Origin: Octopus vulgaris | Taxonomy: Eukaryota | Direction: 5' to 3' | NCBI GenBank assembly: GCA_951406725.2 | Contig: OX597837.1 | Span: 8,990,001-9,054,000, forward strand | DNA length: 64,000 nt | Shown: positions 26,170 to 39,855 of the stretch, piece by piece | How the letters are laid out: each line of letters begins with the position of its first letter | Position numbering within the stretch: the stretch's first letter is position 1 | Notes under the pieces: model-generated | What the model was told of the DNA's origin: nothing | Seen by the model: only the letters and a program-made list of their open reading frames with translations | Database searches by the model: none | Translations under genes and position numbers: made by a program

Positions 26170-26650
26170 ACACACAAACACACATATTCATATATGTACG
26201 CATGTATGTGTGTATATATGTATATATATATGTAGGTTTCTATGCATATATATATGTTTTTGTGCATCTATATATGTGTACATTTATGTAAACACACACG
26301 TATATATTTGTGTGTGTGTGTGTATGTTTGTATGTGTGAGTGTGTGTGTGTGTCAGTATGTAGGCAAGTATGCATATATGCAAATATATGTAGAATTATC
26401 TGTGCGTATATATTATACATACACGCAGGTAAATATATAATATGTATATATATATATATGTATGCATATACGCATACTTGCCTACATACAAACATTTAAC
26501 AATATATATACATATATATATATGTGTGTGTGTGTATGTATGTATATATGTATATATATATATATATGTATGTGTATATATATGCATATATATATATATG
26601 TATATATATGTGTATATATATATGTGTTATATATATATATATATATATAT

Positions 26651-26713
<63 letters not shown>

Positions 26714-27229
26714 ATATCTATCTATATGTATATATAAATAAATTTTCATCACGTTTTTATTAAACATTTTTGCTGCGTATATTTTTCATCAGATAAAGAA
26801 GCTCTTTACTTATTGATCTCTATCATCCTATTTATCATCTCTATAGTTCTCTCATTTTTATAATCCATATCGTCTTTTAAGATCCATCAACTACTTCCTC
26901 TTGTTCTTTCTCCTTCGCTATTCACCTCGGTTCAATCTACCACCAGCTCCGCGCCGCTTCTTCATCTCTGCTCTTCAACGTGCATCTCTAACACTGTTAC
27001 ATTTGAGCGAGTTTTAATTACTGTTTGAGTGTGTGTTCCAGTATAAAAGAAACGTAATTCTGTGGCAGGGTGGGGGAGCATGTGTGCATGCGTGCAGGTG
27101 TTGTTGGGCCTTGTGGGTTGTGTGCGTATATGCTGCGTGCGTGTGTCTGGAATGTGTGTGCATGCATGCATGATGCGCGCGACTGTGTAGAGGCGAGTAT
27201 GTGCATAGCAAAGAAGCATGAGACAGTTT

Positions 27230-27315
<86 letters not shown>

Positions 27316-27452
27316 GCGTATATAAATGTATATATATATGTATATACATGTATATAAATATATACATATAAACATGCATACGTATATATATATAAATAAA
27401 TATTCATACGTACATTTATATATGTATGTAGTTATATCTATCGCTCTATCCA

Positions 27453-27489
<37 letters not shown>

Positions 27490-27591
27490 TATAAAATATA
27501 TATATATATATTATATGTATATATATATATTATACATGTCATATATATTATATAATATATACATATATCATATTATGTATATATATATATA

Positions 27592-27622
<31 letters not shown>

Positions 27623-27645
27623 TGGCTGGATGGATGGATGGATAT
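26170..27645. repeat. TA/TG-rich microsatellite region (two large blocks)
   Basis: Direct reading. Confidence 0.9.
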
Positions 27646-27758
27646 GCCCATCAATTTATATATCTATGAACGCTTATCAATGTAACTGCACACATATATA
27701 GATGTGTATATGTGTTTTGTTCGTCTCTGTATGCTTGTATTTGTTCGTGCATTGTGTA

Positions 27759-27819
<61 letters not shown>

Positions 27820-28321
27820 TTCTTGCTTAAAATATTCCGGTGCATATACACAAACTCGAATATTTATACACCGAGTTTCTAAAAGCGTATATTTCAAGAA
27901 CTTATTGATATTGTATCCTTCAGTTACATTCATAATACATTTACCTAAATTGAATCAAAATTCTGGCATGCAGCTTGTTGTACCATATTCCTGCACAAAG
28001 AGAATAAATTCGAAGTACAAGAAAATTTCAATTCAATATTTTCACGTTTTTCTACGAACTAATATTGAACCGCACAACTATATGAGTTTTGTAACATTCC
28101 AATTTGTTTTCACTTAGAATTTCACCGATAAAGGATACATCTCTGGTGCATTCATGTATCGCATTTCTAAATAAATCCAGTAACTAGACAGCAACATGTG
28201 TTGAAGCAGATATATTATAAATACATTTAGTTTAAATTAATTTTCATCTTGACGTGATTATACAGCGTGGGCCAAGAGTCAAGAACAAAACATTTGACGT
28301 TTTATTCATATCAAAATCATT

Positions 28322-28921
28322 TATTTCTTTACTACCCACAAGGGGCTAAACACAGAGAGGACAAACAAGGACAGAAAAATGGATTAAGTCGATTATATCG
28401 ACCCCAGTGAGTAACTGGTACTTATTCAATCGACCCCGAAAGGATGAAAGACAAAGTTGACCTCGGCGGAATTTGAACTCAGAACATAATGGCAGACGAA
28501 ATACCTATTTCTTTACTACCCACAGAGGGCTAAACACAGAGGGAACAAACAAGGACAGAAAAACTGATTAAGTCGATTATATCGACCCCAGTGCGTAACT
28601 GGTACTTATTTAATCGACCCCCGAAAGGATGAAAGGCAAAGTCGACCTCGGCGGAATTTGAACACAGAACGCAGCGGCAGACGAAATACCTATTTCTTTA
28701 CTAGCCACAAGAGGCTAAACACAGAAGGGACAAACAAGGACACACAAACGGATTAAGTCGATTATATCGACCCCAGTGCGTAACTGGTACTTATTTAATC
28801 GACCCCCGAAAGGATGAAATGCAAAGTCGACCTCGGCGGAATATGAACTCAGGACGTAACCGCAGACAGATTCCCACTAAGCATTTCGCCCGGCGTGCTA
28901 ACGTTTCTGCCAGCTCGCCGC
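28322..28921 (-). mobile_element. Family A SINE array: one head + 3 units of 184-185 bp
   Basis: tatttctttacta at 28322, 28506, 28691; single head at ~28876-28921. Confidence 0.95.
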
Positions 28922-29617
28922 CCCTTCATATTAATAATACCATCATGATTACTCATTTTGTTGATCATGTCAAAATACACGTGCATTGATCATTATTTCA
29001 TTTCATTTTATTCAATTTTTGAAAAAAAATGAAGCATGCCTTTGACAATTTCAGAGCATATTGAACTTATCTTGTGCGTGACTTTAGTTCATAGTCCAAC
29101 ATGTATTGCTGTTGAATTTTATAATTTGACGTGTTGCATTATTCGTCCGCAATATTTTCTAGTATGTACTCCTATATAATAGAATAGCATATTTCGTTTC
29201 TACTTCTTGTTTCCGGTGTAGAAATAATTAGATATTGTTTAATGTGAATTTAAGAGAGATAGTTTGAATCGAGTTTACTTTTTCAATACTGAATTGTATT
29301 TTCGAAAGAATCTTTGTTTCTTCCATCATTTGTATGAAGCTTAAATACATACATATATATATAAAGGGGGTGTATGGTTGTGTATAGAGGGATATATATT
29401 ATTCAATGAAATTCTAACTCTGTTTTTTATGTTTTATTTATATTCTTTATAATATTAATGTAGAATATATAGTATAAATAATATATATATAGTAAAATGA
29501 AATGAAGTATTGATTGTCTTATTGAATAGATGAAATATTGAATATAAAATGTTAGGGGACTAGTATACTTTCATGCGTTATAGCAGTCTTCAAGGTCCCA
29601 GCTTGTGACAGGAGTAT

Positions 29618-29659
<42 letters not shown>

Positions 29660-29674
29660 ATGTATGTATGTATA

Positions 29675-29726
<52 letters not shown>

Positions 29727-30442
29727 GAAGAATGTTATTAGAATGATTTCGCTCCGCTTGTATGAAGTTTAACACTATTGGAATATTCTGGTATGAGCCA
29801 GAAATGGAATCAGACAGGTACCTTTCGAGCAATCACGTTTGCAAACGTCACTGTCAGGATTTTGCTAATATTCACATGAAGATAACTTTCAAATAACATG
29901 TCATAGCTTTCAAATAACATTTCAAATAATATTTCTAAAATATATTGAAACGACGGATAGTTCAAAGGGACGAATGCAGGCTCGCAATACTCAGTGAAGA
30001 ACGGAAACTGAGGTGATTGGGAAAACGGGCCACTTTGTTACAATGTATTACAGAATATCCAACGCTTGTATTGAGTCCCGAAAATTTTCCCTCTCGTGGG
30101 AAAATAAGGATATACATATATAGATACATGCAGGTATACATACATATATATATATATATAACTGTATTTATATATACACATACACACGCACACACATATA
30201 TATTCCCGTTCCTTCTCTCTCACTCTTCCCCCTTGACTCTCTCGAACGCTGACATGTGACGAAAGGGAATCTATCTTTCTGCGCATTTCCTTCCTAAAGA
30301 CAATACCTGTCTCCTCTCATAAGCTCGTCCTCCTAGCATTCATAATAATTTTTTCTATCGTCTTGGCTTAAGAGCCCTCACCGTTTGTTTTTACTGTCGT
30401 GTTCCCACTGTCCTGTTCTTGTTACCACTTTCACTCTCCGTA

Positions 30443-30814
30443 AAAGTCATTCAAGGAATTGAAATGTTTATCATTAAAGACTATTTTGCAGAGACCTGAA
30501 TAAGTGGAAAACCGAAGGAGCAATATCTGGTGAATATGGAGGGTGGGATAACCCATCCCAGCCGAGCTGCAGCAATTTTTGTCTAGCTCCCAAACATCAA
30601 GTACCGAAAATGAACTTTCTTATCTTCCAATTTTAAAGGGTTACAGAATTAACACAGGTTATAGGGACATAAACCTTCATCCACGAAAATATATCTTAAA
30701 CTGTGCTCTAAATGGAGGTGTAGTCAAATCCTATTTTATGGACTCAACCATGTTCTAAAATAAGTCGAAAGGTAAGCTACTATAAATCGGCACGAACTTT
30801 CCGGACAACCCAAT
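30443..30814 (-). pseudogene. Mariner transposon relic (5' TIR + C-terminal transposase piece)
   Basis: Minus strand RQKLLQLGWDGLSHPPYSPDIAPSVFHLFRSLQNSL (YSPDLAP motif) at ~30475-30586; mariner-type TIR attgggttgtccggaaagttcgtgccg at ~30788-30814. Confidence 0.85.
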
Positions 30815-31167
30815 GCATTTCTACCACACCTAATTAATAGATTGAAATTAATGAATAGCTTTCGTCTCCTTTTCACCGTAGAACCAATTATATCATTACT
30901 TAATATAAAACAGGCTGAAATTTGAATCACCCTATCAAGTTAAAGCTTATAAATTTGTATTATAATTATGATAAGATTTTGCATTTCTTCAACCATCCAA
31001 TCCATGTATAATGTAAATGTGCAAATCTAGTTACAGATAATATGATAAATAACGTATTGCTCTGCCAGTGTGGCTTTTTCATCATCCGTATGCGCGCAAC
31101 TGGAAACATTTATATTACTTTATTTCATGATTTAATTCAATATTACGATTGTCACATACATGTATGT

Positions 31168-31474
31168 GGAGGCACATGGCCCAGTGCTTAGAGCAGCGGA
31201 CTCGCGGTCGAGAGACGGCGGGTTCGAAGCTCAGACCGGCCGATGTGTGTGTTTATGAGCGAAACACCTAAGCTCCACGCGGCTCCGGCAGAAGGTAATG
31301 GCGAAACTTCTGCTGACTCTTTCGCCACAACTTTCTCTCGCTCTTTCCTCCTGCATCTTGCAGCTCACCTGTGACGGAGCGGCGTCCAGTGCAGATGGAG
31401 AAACTATACGCTAAGGAAACCAGGAAACCGGCCCTTATGAGCCACGCGTGGCTCGAGAAGGAACAAACAAACAA
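31168..31474 (+). mobile_element. Full-length family B SINE
   Basis: Colinear with 12475-12776; ends aacaaacaaacaa. Confidence 0.93.
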
Positions 31475-31599
31475 TATACATAGAAACATACGTTTGATTA
31501 TTCACATACATGTGAATAATCCATATTTTTATTGCTTTTCTTTTGTCTTACTCGATTACGTTCTAGTGTTTGCTACATTTTTCTTGCGAACATTTCTTA

Positions 31600-31686
31600 G
31601 TGGTAAGACCATAGCGGATCTAATTCTATAATAAGGGTTGTCCACATTGCGGTCACCCCTCTCATATGTATATATATATATATATA

Positions 31687-31731
<45 letters not shown>

Positions 31732-32796
31732 TGCATATATATACATATGTATATATATATACAAATATATATGTATGTGTATATATATATATACCGACAA
31801 ATTCCACTGAGTGACCACATAGACTCATGCGCTAAAAACATAAATCCCAAATTCTACATATTCCCCTTCTACCACTGTAAGGACGGGATCACCACACAGG
31901 AGAGAATTAACAAGGAGAATCTCTTTATTGAAAAATTCAAAACTCAACTTAATATGCAAACTCCTCGTTGATCATACTTCTTTTTTCTACCTCATTCTTC
32001 ATGGATGGACTAACATAAATATATAAGGACACCATGCATTCATCACTTCAAGCTAAAACTTATATTCTTTAAATATCATTATTATTATTGTTGTTATTAT
32101 TACTATCATTTTTATTATATATGACATAACAATCTGAAATGTAATTATAAATTGGTTTATGCAAATTTATATAATTAGAAAATAATATAAATAAAGTGTT
32201 AAAATCTGAATGTTAAGTTAGCAAACAATTATATAAAAAAGATAATGCAAATGAAGCTAAAGTGATAATTTTATAATTTAAGGTTTATTAACACCCTTTA
32301 TCACAAAAAATTGATAAACACAAAACGAAGAGCTCAAAAACCATAGAGTTGTCTCCCCTTATTCACAACACAGGAACTGAAGAACTACAATTACTACTAC
32401 TTCCTGTTTTGCCAACACCCTTAATTAAACTAAACAACACATGGCTTTAATCCCATTGGATCCTAATACTTCAAGGTAATTTTTTCGTGAACAATCATTA
32501 AACTCAAGATACACAAAGACTTCACAATGTATCGGAGTACTTATTTTGTAATTTTTGTACATATTTATCATTATTTTTTTGCAAAAAACAATGCAATTTT
32601 CTTTTGTCCACTTTCTCACTTTAAAAAAAAAAATTTACTTTACAATTCTTGAAAAGTCACATTATGACGAAAACCGGTTTGAATTAATATATATTTATAT
32701 ATTTTATCAATTTTTCAAAAACTTTTTCCATACACCCATTTACATTAAAATTTTCTTTCAATTTAGCATTCTGCATTTTTACAATTTTTCCTTGCT

Positions 32797-32800
<4 letters not shown>
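31600..32800 (+). mobile_element. Penelope-like 3' remnant: GIY-YIG (split by TA tract) + AT-rich 3'UTR with hammerhead
   Basis: DLI..CPHCG before the TA tract; [54 protein letters not shown] after it, stop 31971. Confidence 0.8.
32644..32685 (+). ncRNA. Minimal type I hammerhead ribozyme motif (U3-A8 variant)
   Basis: aattc-UUGAAAA-gtca(catta)tgac-GAAA-accggt-UU-gaatt: 5-bp stem I, 4-bp stem II, palindromic AACCGGUU stem III. Confidence 0.75.
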
Positions 32801-32848
<48 letters not shown>

Positions 32849-32926
32849 GTATGTATCTAACTTTCTATTTATCTATCAAGTTATATGTATTTCCTCTGTG
32901 TGTGTATATATATATATAATATATAC

Positions 32927-33000
<74 letters not shown>

Positions 33001-33535
33001 GTATCATGTACTATATGAAACTGAAAGAAAAGTGACAGTGATAGAGAAAGAAAGATGAAAGGAGTCAGAGGAAAAGATGATAATAATAGCAAGGAAAATG
33101 AAACATCTAACGACTGTCGCAATAATTTTGACCAAATGTCACTCGAATCTGCTGACTCACCATCAGGGAAGCAGGCAATATAGAAAGCGGTATTGACCTC
33201 CTCAAATCCTATAACACAAATTCTCTAGGATCCGTGGAAATCACTCTGTCATTTGCTTTGACAACTAGCCTGTCATGTGCTGCACTATCTACATTAGGTA
33301 TTTATTACAGAGCTTTTTGTGAACGTATCTACCTTGTTTGCCTCTTTCTCTATATCTCTGACGATATATTCCTCCATTTTTCTCAATTTTCAATGTTGGT
33401 GCTTCTCAGCCGTTTCTTATGAAAGCCTATATGTTTGTGGAACTTTAGCTGAAATCTTTCTCTGCGCATGCGTTTAAATATCTTTGTATGCATCACCGTA
33501 AAAGTTAGTATATCATATATTGTAATACGTATGTA

Positions 33536-33703
33536 ATTACGTTCTGAGTTCAAATTCCGCCGAGGTCGACTTTGCCTATCATCTTTTCAGGATCGATAAA
33601 TAAAGTACCAGTTTCGCACTGCGGTCGATGTAATCAACTTAATCCCTTTGTCTGTCCTTGTTTGTCCTCTTTATATTTAGCCCCTTCTGGGTAGTAAAAA
33701 AAT
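33536..33703 (+). mobile_element. Headless family A SINE unit
   Basis: ttacgttctgagttcaaattccgccgaggtcgac...gggtagtaaaaaaata. Confidence 0.88.
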
Positions 33704-33994
33704 ATATATTATAATATGTATGTAATATCTGCAGGCGAAATCACATACAAACACGTGTACATACACGCACATGTATATAAATACATACAAAAATATATAT
33801 GTCCCTCCTGAACGGGATCTGGTCCACTTTAGGATTACCATTTGTATCATCTGAGTGGACGGAAGCAACATGAAATGAATTGTTTTGCTCAAGGACATGA
33901 TACGTCTTCCGGTCCACAAATGGAAACCATAGTCTTAGAATTATGAGTCCATCACCATTAAAAACTGAGCAACGGTCCTCCATTAAGTGCTGAA

Positions 33995-34410
33995 ATTGGT
34001 TTAAAAGTTGGGCTGAGGGCCAGTAATTTCATGGAAAGGGTTAATCGATTACATCGACCCTTATGTTCAACTTGTACTTATTTTATCGATCTTGAAATCG
34101 TGAAAGGTAAAGCTGATCTTCGTGGAATTCGAACCCAGAATATAAAAACGGACGAAACGCCGCCACATCTAAGCATTTTGCCCGGGGTGCTAAAGATTTT
34201 GGCAGCTCACCGTCTTAGAGCTTGGATCTAATATTAATCTCAAATTTTGGCACAAGGCCAGCAATTTCAGAGGAAGCGGAGTACTCAATTCATGTTCTTT
34301 TTATTGCTACCGAAGGTGGAATTTCTACTCAGAACGTAAAGACGGACGAAATAACGCAATGCAGATTGTCCGGCATGGAACCGATTTTGCCAGCTTGCAG
34401 CCTTTCATTG
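33995..34410 (-). mobile_element. Two old family A-related SINE fragments
   Basis: cgattacatcgaccc...gaacccagaa...gcattttgcccggggtgctaa; second ctcagaacgtaaagacggacgaaat...tgccagcttg. Confidence 0.65.
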
Positions 34411-34623
34411 ATCTAATACTGCCGGGCCACTATCTATGCTGGCACACTAACGGTTTCATTTTTGCCGGACTAGAAATGAATCATATTTTATGAATTGAGG
34501 CTGTATGAAGCTACGAAGTTTTGAATTGATATCAGAACACAGAAACCGGCAAGAAATACGTAAATCATATTAATTCCTAGCGACTCAGCAAATTTGGCCG
34601 TTGAGATAGACACGGACAGACAG

Positions 34624-34667
<44 letters not shown>

Positions 34668-35190
34668 TCATATTTCTGCCGGTACATACATATATCCATA
34701 TAGAGACTCAAATATGTAAATATACATTCTAACGTAATATCTATGTATATGTGAAATAATATGCAGGTTTCTGCTTATTAACAACCAATTTGCTGGCTCC
34801 CTCTTCCCGACAGACACTCTTTCTCTCTCAATTTGTCTCTCTCTCCCTCTCTGTCTATCTATCTCTCTACCTATCTATCTATTTCTCCCTGCCTATGTAT
34901 GATTATATATGCATATATATTACCTATTATAATAACGATGTTGTGTTGTTATGTATTCGAAGTTTATAAATAACATATCGATGCTGCCTCAGATTATACA
35001 CTTTGTGAAAGCAAATATCGTCATACTGGTGTGTACATGGTTATGAATGCAAATATATGTGCATATATATATTCGGATTTATAAAAAAATGTGTATGGTC
35101 GAGAATATATAGTACTTTTAGAAATATATAGACACTTCGTGGTCTTTGCAGTAATGTATTAATATGCATATGGACAACAAACATTTCATA

Positions 35191-35297
<107 letters not shown>

Positions 35298-35375
35298 CAT
35301 TGATGAGTGGTGCCGAGTTACAATTTTGTAAATAATAAGCTAATAAAATATCATTATTATTTATTTTTATTATTA

Positions 35376-35409
<34 letters not shown>

Positions 35410-35413
35410 TTTA

Positions 35414-35471
<58 letters not shown>

Positions 35472-35848
35472 CATTTTCGTTAGCATCTTCTTTCAATTAT
35501 TTCTATTTCTTGCCGAGTGTCTTCCTGACACTTAGGGCAGAGAAACGTACTGTATACATTGGTAGGTCATTAAAAACAGATTTTTCCTTTACAGAGACAT
35601 GTGATAGAGAAAAAGAGGAAGATGAGAAAAAGAAAAAAATAATTTTTTTTCTTTAACCCTCTGATAAATTTGCTGATGCCGAAGATTGTCTCACTTTGGG
35701 TAGACTAAATGAAAAAAAAAAGCAGAAAGGGCCAGATTTGGACTGTATTATGGACTGGCGAGTAATATTTAATCAAATTGGCCCATCGACTGATTCGTTG
35801 ACAAATTTGTTTGTAGTTGAGCGTAGTAATCAGAATAGTAAGAATGAA

Positions 35849-36633
35849 GGCGGTGAGCTGGCAGAAACGTTAGCACGTCGGGCGAAATGCTTAGCGGTAT
35901 TTCGTCTGCTGCTACGTTCTGAGTTCAAATTCAGCTGAGGTCGACTTTGCCTTTCATTCTTTCGGGGTCGATTAAATAAATACCAGTTACGCACTGGGGT
36001 CGATATAATCGACTTAATCCATTTATCTGTCCTTGTTTGTCCCCTCTGTGTTTAGCCCCTTGTGGGTAGTAAAGAAATAGGTATTTCGTCTGACGTTACG
36101 TTCTGAGTTCAAATTCCGACGAGGTCGACTTTGCCTTTCATTCTTTCGGGGTCGATTAAATAAATACCAGTTACTCACTGGGGTCGATATAATCGACTTA
36201 ATCCGTTTATCTGTCCTTGTTTGTCCCCTCTGTGTTTAGCCCCTTGTGGGTAGTAAAGAAATAGGCATTTCGTCTGCTGCTACGTTCTGGGTTCAAATTC
36301 CGCCGAGGTCGACTTTGCCTTTCATCCTTTCGGGGTCGATTAAATAAGTACCAGTTACTCACTGGGGTCGATGTAATCGACTTAATCCGTTTGTCTGTCC
36401 TTGTTTGTCCCCTCTGTGTTTAGCCCCTTGTGGGTAGTAAAGAAATAGGTATTTCGTCTGTCTTTACGTTTTGAGTTCAAATTCCGCCGATGTCGACTTT
36501 ACCTTTCATCCTTTCAGGGTCGATTAAATAAGTACCAGCTACGCACTGGGGTTTGATATAATCGACTTAATCCGTTTGTCTATCATTGTTTGTCCCCTCT
36601 ATTTTTAGCCCCTTGTGGGTAAAAAACAAATAA
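35849..36633 (+). mobile_element. Family A SINE array: one head + 4 units of 184 bp
   Basis: gg(t/c)atttcgtctg at 35896, 36080, 36264, 36448; head only at 35849-35895. Confidence 0.96.
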
Positions 36634-36850
36634 GTAATAGTATCGTTGTCCTTGATTTTTTGAAACGTGACTGTATTGTGAACTCAGACCGAAGTAGTAA
36701 TGGCGAATGCGACTTTTTGACCAGTTTTTCATTGATTACTTTCTGTTAATGGTTTCTTTAATTATTTCGAAGTGTTTCAATTACTCCGTTCGGTCTGTGT
36801 TCACAATACAGCCACGTTTCAGAAAATCAAGGACAATGGTACTATTCTTA
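36631..36850. mobile_element. MITE-like element with ~70-bp terminal inverted repeats
   Basis: aatagtatcgttgtccttgattttttgaaacgtgactgtattgtgaactcagaccgaa vs ttcggtctgtgttcacaatacagccacgtttcagaaaatcaaggacaatggtactatt. Confidence 0.82.
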
Positions 36851-37405
36851 TCTTAAAAAACAAACAAGCAAACAAACGAGAAAAAACACATCAATTTAAT
36901 TTTGTACCGATCGCTGTCTCTTAAACATAACTCCATTTTCAGAAGAAATTTTCTACCTCTTGCTGGAAAGGGTTCAAGAAAATATTAAGTGAAGACTATA
37001 AAAATCTTTATTTGTATTTTAAGTCCACACAGTTTTTTTTCTTTTTTTACATTTTGTGAGGATTTCGGGTTTTCAAGAGAATTTTTCTCTTAAAACTGAG
37101 CTTTATTTCTTATCGTTTTTAATTAATTTTTTCTGTTTTCTGAAGTAGACATAGAAGACAAGTGTGTTCCGCATTGAGTATGACTCTCAGAGGAGTAAGT
37201 TATTAAATATATTCATTTCTTAAACAACTCAGCCAAGCAAGTGAAGGTTCACAATAAAAATGGCCAAAGCAATTAAAAGATAACGGACACAATACATTTG
37301 TATAATGCAATATTTAGCAAAATAATAAAAGAGACTGATACGTTCAAGTGTTGTTGGTGTGTTTTTTTACGATAATTTTTATGCTTAATTTTTTTATGCT
37401 TTATA

Positions 37406-37591
37406 GGCGCAGGCGTGGCTGTGTGATAAGAGACTTGCTTCCCAACCACATGATATTGGTTTCACTTCCACTGCTTGGCACCATTGCACTTTGGATAAGG
37501 GTATTCTACTATAGCTTTGGAGGTTAAAGACGTGTGATGGGATTTGGTTGACGTAAGCTAAGCTGAAAGAAATTCGTCGTATGTGTGTGTG

Positions 37592-37656
<65 letters not shown>

Positions 37657-37665
37657 GTGTTTGTA
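37406..37665 (+). mobile_element. Family D SINE head running into (TG)n
   Basis: ggcgcaggcgtggctgtgtgataag...ttctactatagc...gctgaaagaaattcgtcg. Confidence 0.8.
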
Positions 37666-37835
37666 AGTTAACATAAAAATTTAAATTCAGATTTTAAATT
37701 TAAACTATGCGTGTTGGGTATGTCCCTAGTAGCATGCCGACAAAGCATGTTCACAGCATATGGTTACCTGGTGTCATCCACGGTAATTCAGCAATCATCG
37801 CTGGATCTACGTTAGGAATTCCTCAGTGCACGAAG

Positions 37836-38011
37836 AGTCGGAGAAAGTCGTGGCGAAAGAGTCAGCAGAAGTTCGCCATCACCTTCCGCCGGAGCCGCGT
37901 TGATCTTAGGTGATTCGCTCATAAAAACACACATCGTCCGGTCTAAGATTCGAACCCGCGATCCCTCGACCGCGAGTCCGCTGCTCTAACGACTAGGCCA
38001 TGTGCCTCTAC
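37836..38011 (-). mobile_element. 3'-truncated family B SINE
   Basis: Minus strand gaggcacatggcctagtcgttagagcagcggactcgcggtcgagggatcgcgggttcgaatc. Confidence 0.9.
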
Positions 38012-38709
38012 AGGGGGTGGGGGAGGGATTTAGGTTTCGGTAAATATAAAAGAGACTTATAATATTATATTTTTCAGTAGGCAGGATTTTGTGATGAGTG
38101 TTTAAGGGTTTGAAAAGAAAAGGAGCTGGGTTATGGAAAAGTAAAATTCTATTATAATAAAGCACGTGAAAATCGTACTTAATGAAGGTCACAAAGCAAT
38201 CTGCTACGGATATGTTACACAATGAGAAAGAAACGGTGTTTTTTAGTCAAAATATAACTGAATGTAGAATATACTTTCTAATTGTAACTAAACGACATAC
38301 AATAGGTATGGATACTCTACGTTGAAGGTTGCTATGGAAATTACTTTGTCAGCATCAAATATACTTTGCCGAGATTAATGCTAAAATTTATGGAGTGTCT
38401 CGTGTATAATATGATGCTGTCGCCGTCATTACTGGCGGTAAAGATGGAGTCTTTGATTCCAATTTCATGTTCTATGCTGCTGTACGCGTTAGTGACAATC
38501 TCTTTGTAAATTAATGTTTGATCTGTTTGCTTTAATACGTAGATATATACAGACACATTCATAATACGAATATATACATACATGCATAAGTACAAATATA
38601 CATGCATACATATATATACATAGATACTTGTATACAAATATGTATATGTATGTACATATATATGCATTTATGTACGTATACATATAAATCCATATATATA
38701 TATACATAT

Positions 38710-38777
<68 letters not shown>

Positions 38778-39440
38778 GGATGAATGAATTATCCTTTGTT
38801 TTCCGTTAACATGGAAATTCAATAAGCAGTTACCAGGGTAGCAAAATTCACGCAAGTAACAAGGATGCAGTGACCTATTCAAAGGTAGAAACTCCGGGTT
38901 AATGTGCAGTAATCTGTATAGTACAAGTAAATAAATAGAATTGAACGCAGTTGCTATTCAAATTCTTTTACTTTCGACATATGTTTCGAAGAGAACATTG
39001 GTTTAATTCCAAAGGAATAAACGGTTTAAAATGCAATCTTCTCATCAGGAAAGAAAGAGAACCTATCTCAACAAGACATTATAACAATTTTGATGACTGC
39101 ATAAATGATAAACAGAATGCAATTAAGTATTTAAGAAAAAACGTTAGTAGATTTGACGTCAAAGACAGACCCTAGGAAAAGAAGGGTAAAAGAAATAATA
39201 AGTAGAGAACAAATAAAGAGGGATATTTTGGTTGAAAAAATGTTCAAAGGCTTAGACGTAGATTTCTCTATTGAAGAAAAGTGCAAGGTGAAGTAATGTT
39301 CAAACTATAAAGACTGGTAAAAATTACTTATATGAGCTAAAGGTATGTTTTTGCCAGTGCTTACATTTGTAAGATCGCTCTATAAGTGTGTTAACAAGGT
39401 GATTTTTAGACAAGAGAATATGGAAGAGTTCAGAGTTGCA

Positions 39441-39653
39441 AATGGGTTACTCGACCAGAAGAAAATTGTAATTGGGCCCCATCTGCAAGGTCATGTGCTG
39501 TTTATCTTGATATGAGATCACCATGTAGCGCACATGTGGTTGTGATGCATGTGCCTAGTGTACCCTTATTAGACGGGTAGTCATGATGGGTATACTGGGT
39601 TTCGTATATGTTACCGCCGTGTCACTTCGATGACATGCACTGCTCTCTCACTC
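39441..39653 (+). mobile_element. Truncated copy of the (TAA)n-associated non-coding element
   Basis: Reverse-complement match to 62881-63090; ends gcactgctctctcactc then (AAT)n. Confidence 0.88.
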
Positions 39654-39690
<37 letters not shown>

Positions 39691-39699
39691 TAACTAAAG

Positions 39700-39855
39700 G
39701 AACAAGACCTGAAATTTGGGCCGAGGGGACTAGTCGATTATGCCGGCCCCAGTGATTCACTGGTGCTTAAATTATCGACATCAATTGGAATTTGAACTCA
39801 GAATATAAAGTCGGAAGAAATGCTGCTAAGCATTTTAACCGGTGTGCTAACGATC
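39700..39855 (-). mobile_element. Old family A-related SINE
   Basis: ctgaaatttggg...gtcgattatgccggccccagtg...ggaatttgaactcagaa...gtgctaacga. Confidence 0.7.

Noticed and set aside
35849-36633. CRISPR-like array
   Set aside because: Whole 184-bp units repeat, no unique spacers, SINE sequence, no cas genes, eukaryotic context
38341-38525. Possible host exon on minus strand (DQTLIYKEIVTNAY...)
   Set aside because: Weak acceptor and no recognisable domain; needs transcript evidence
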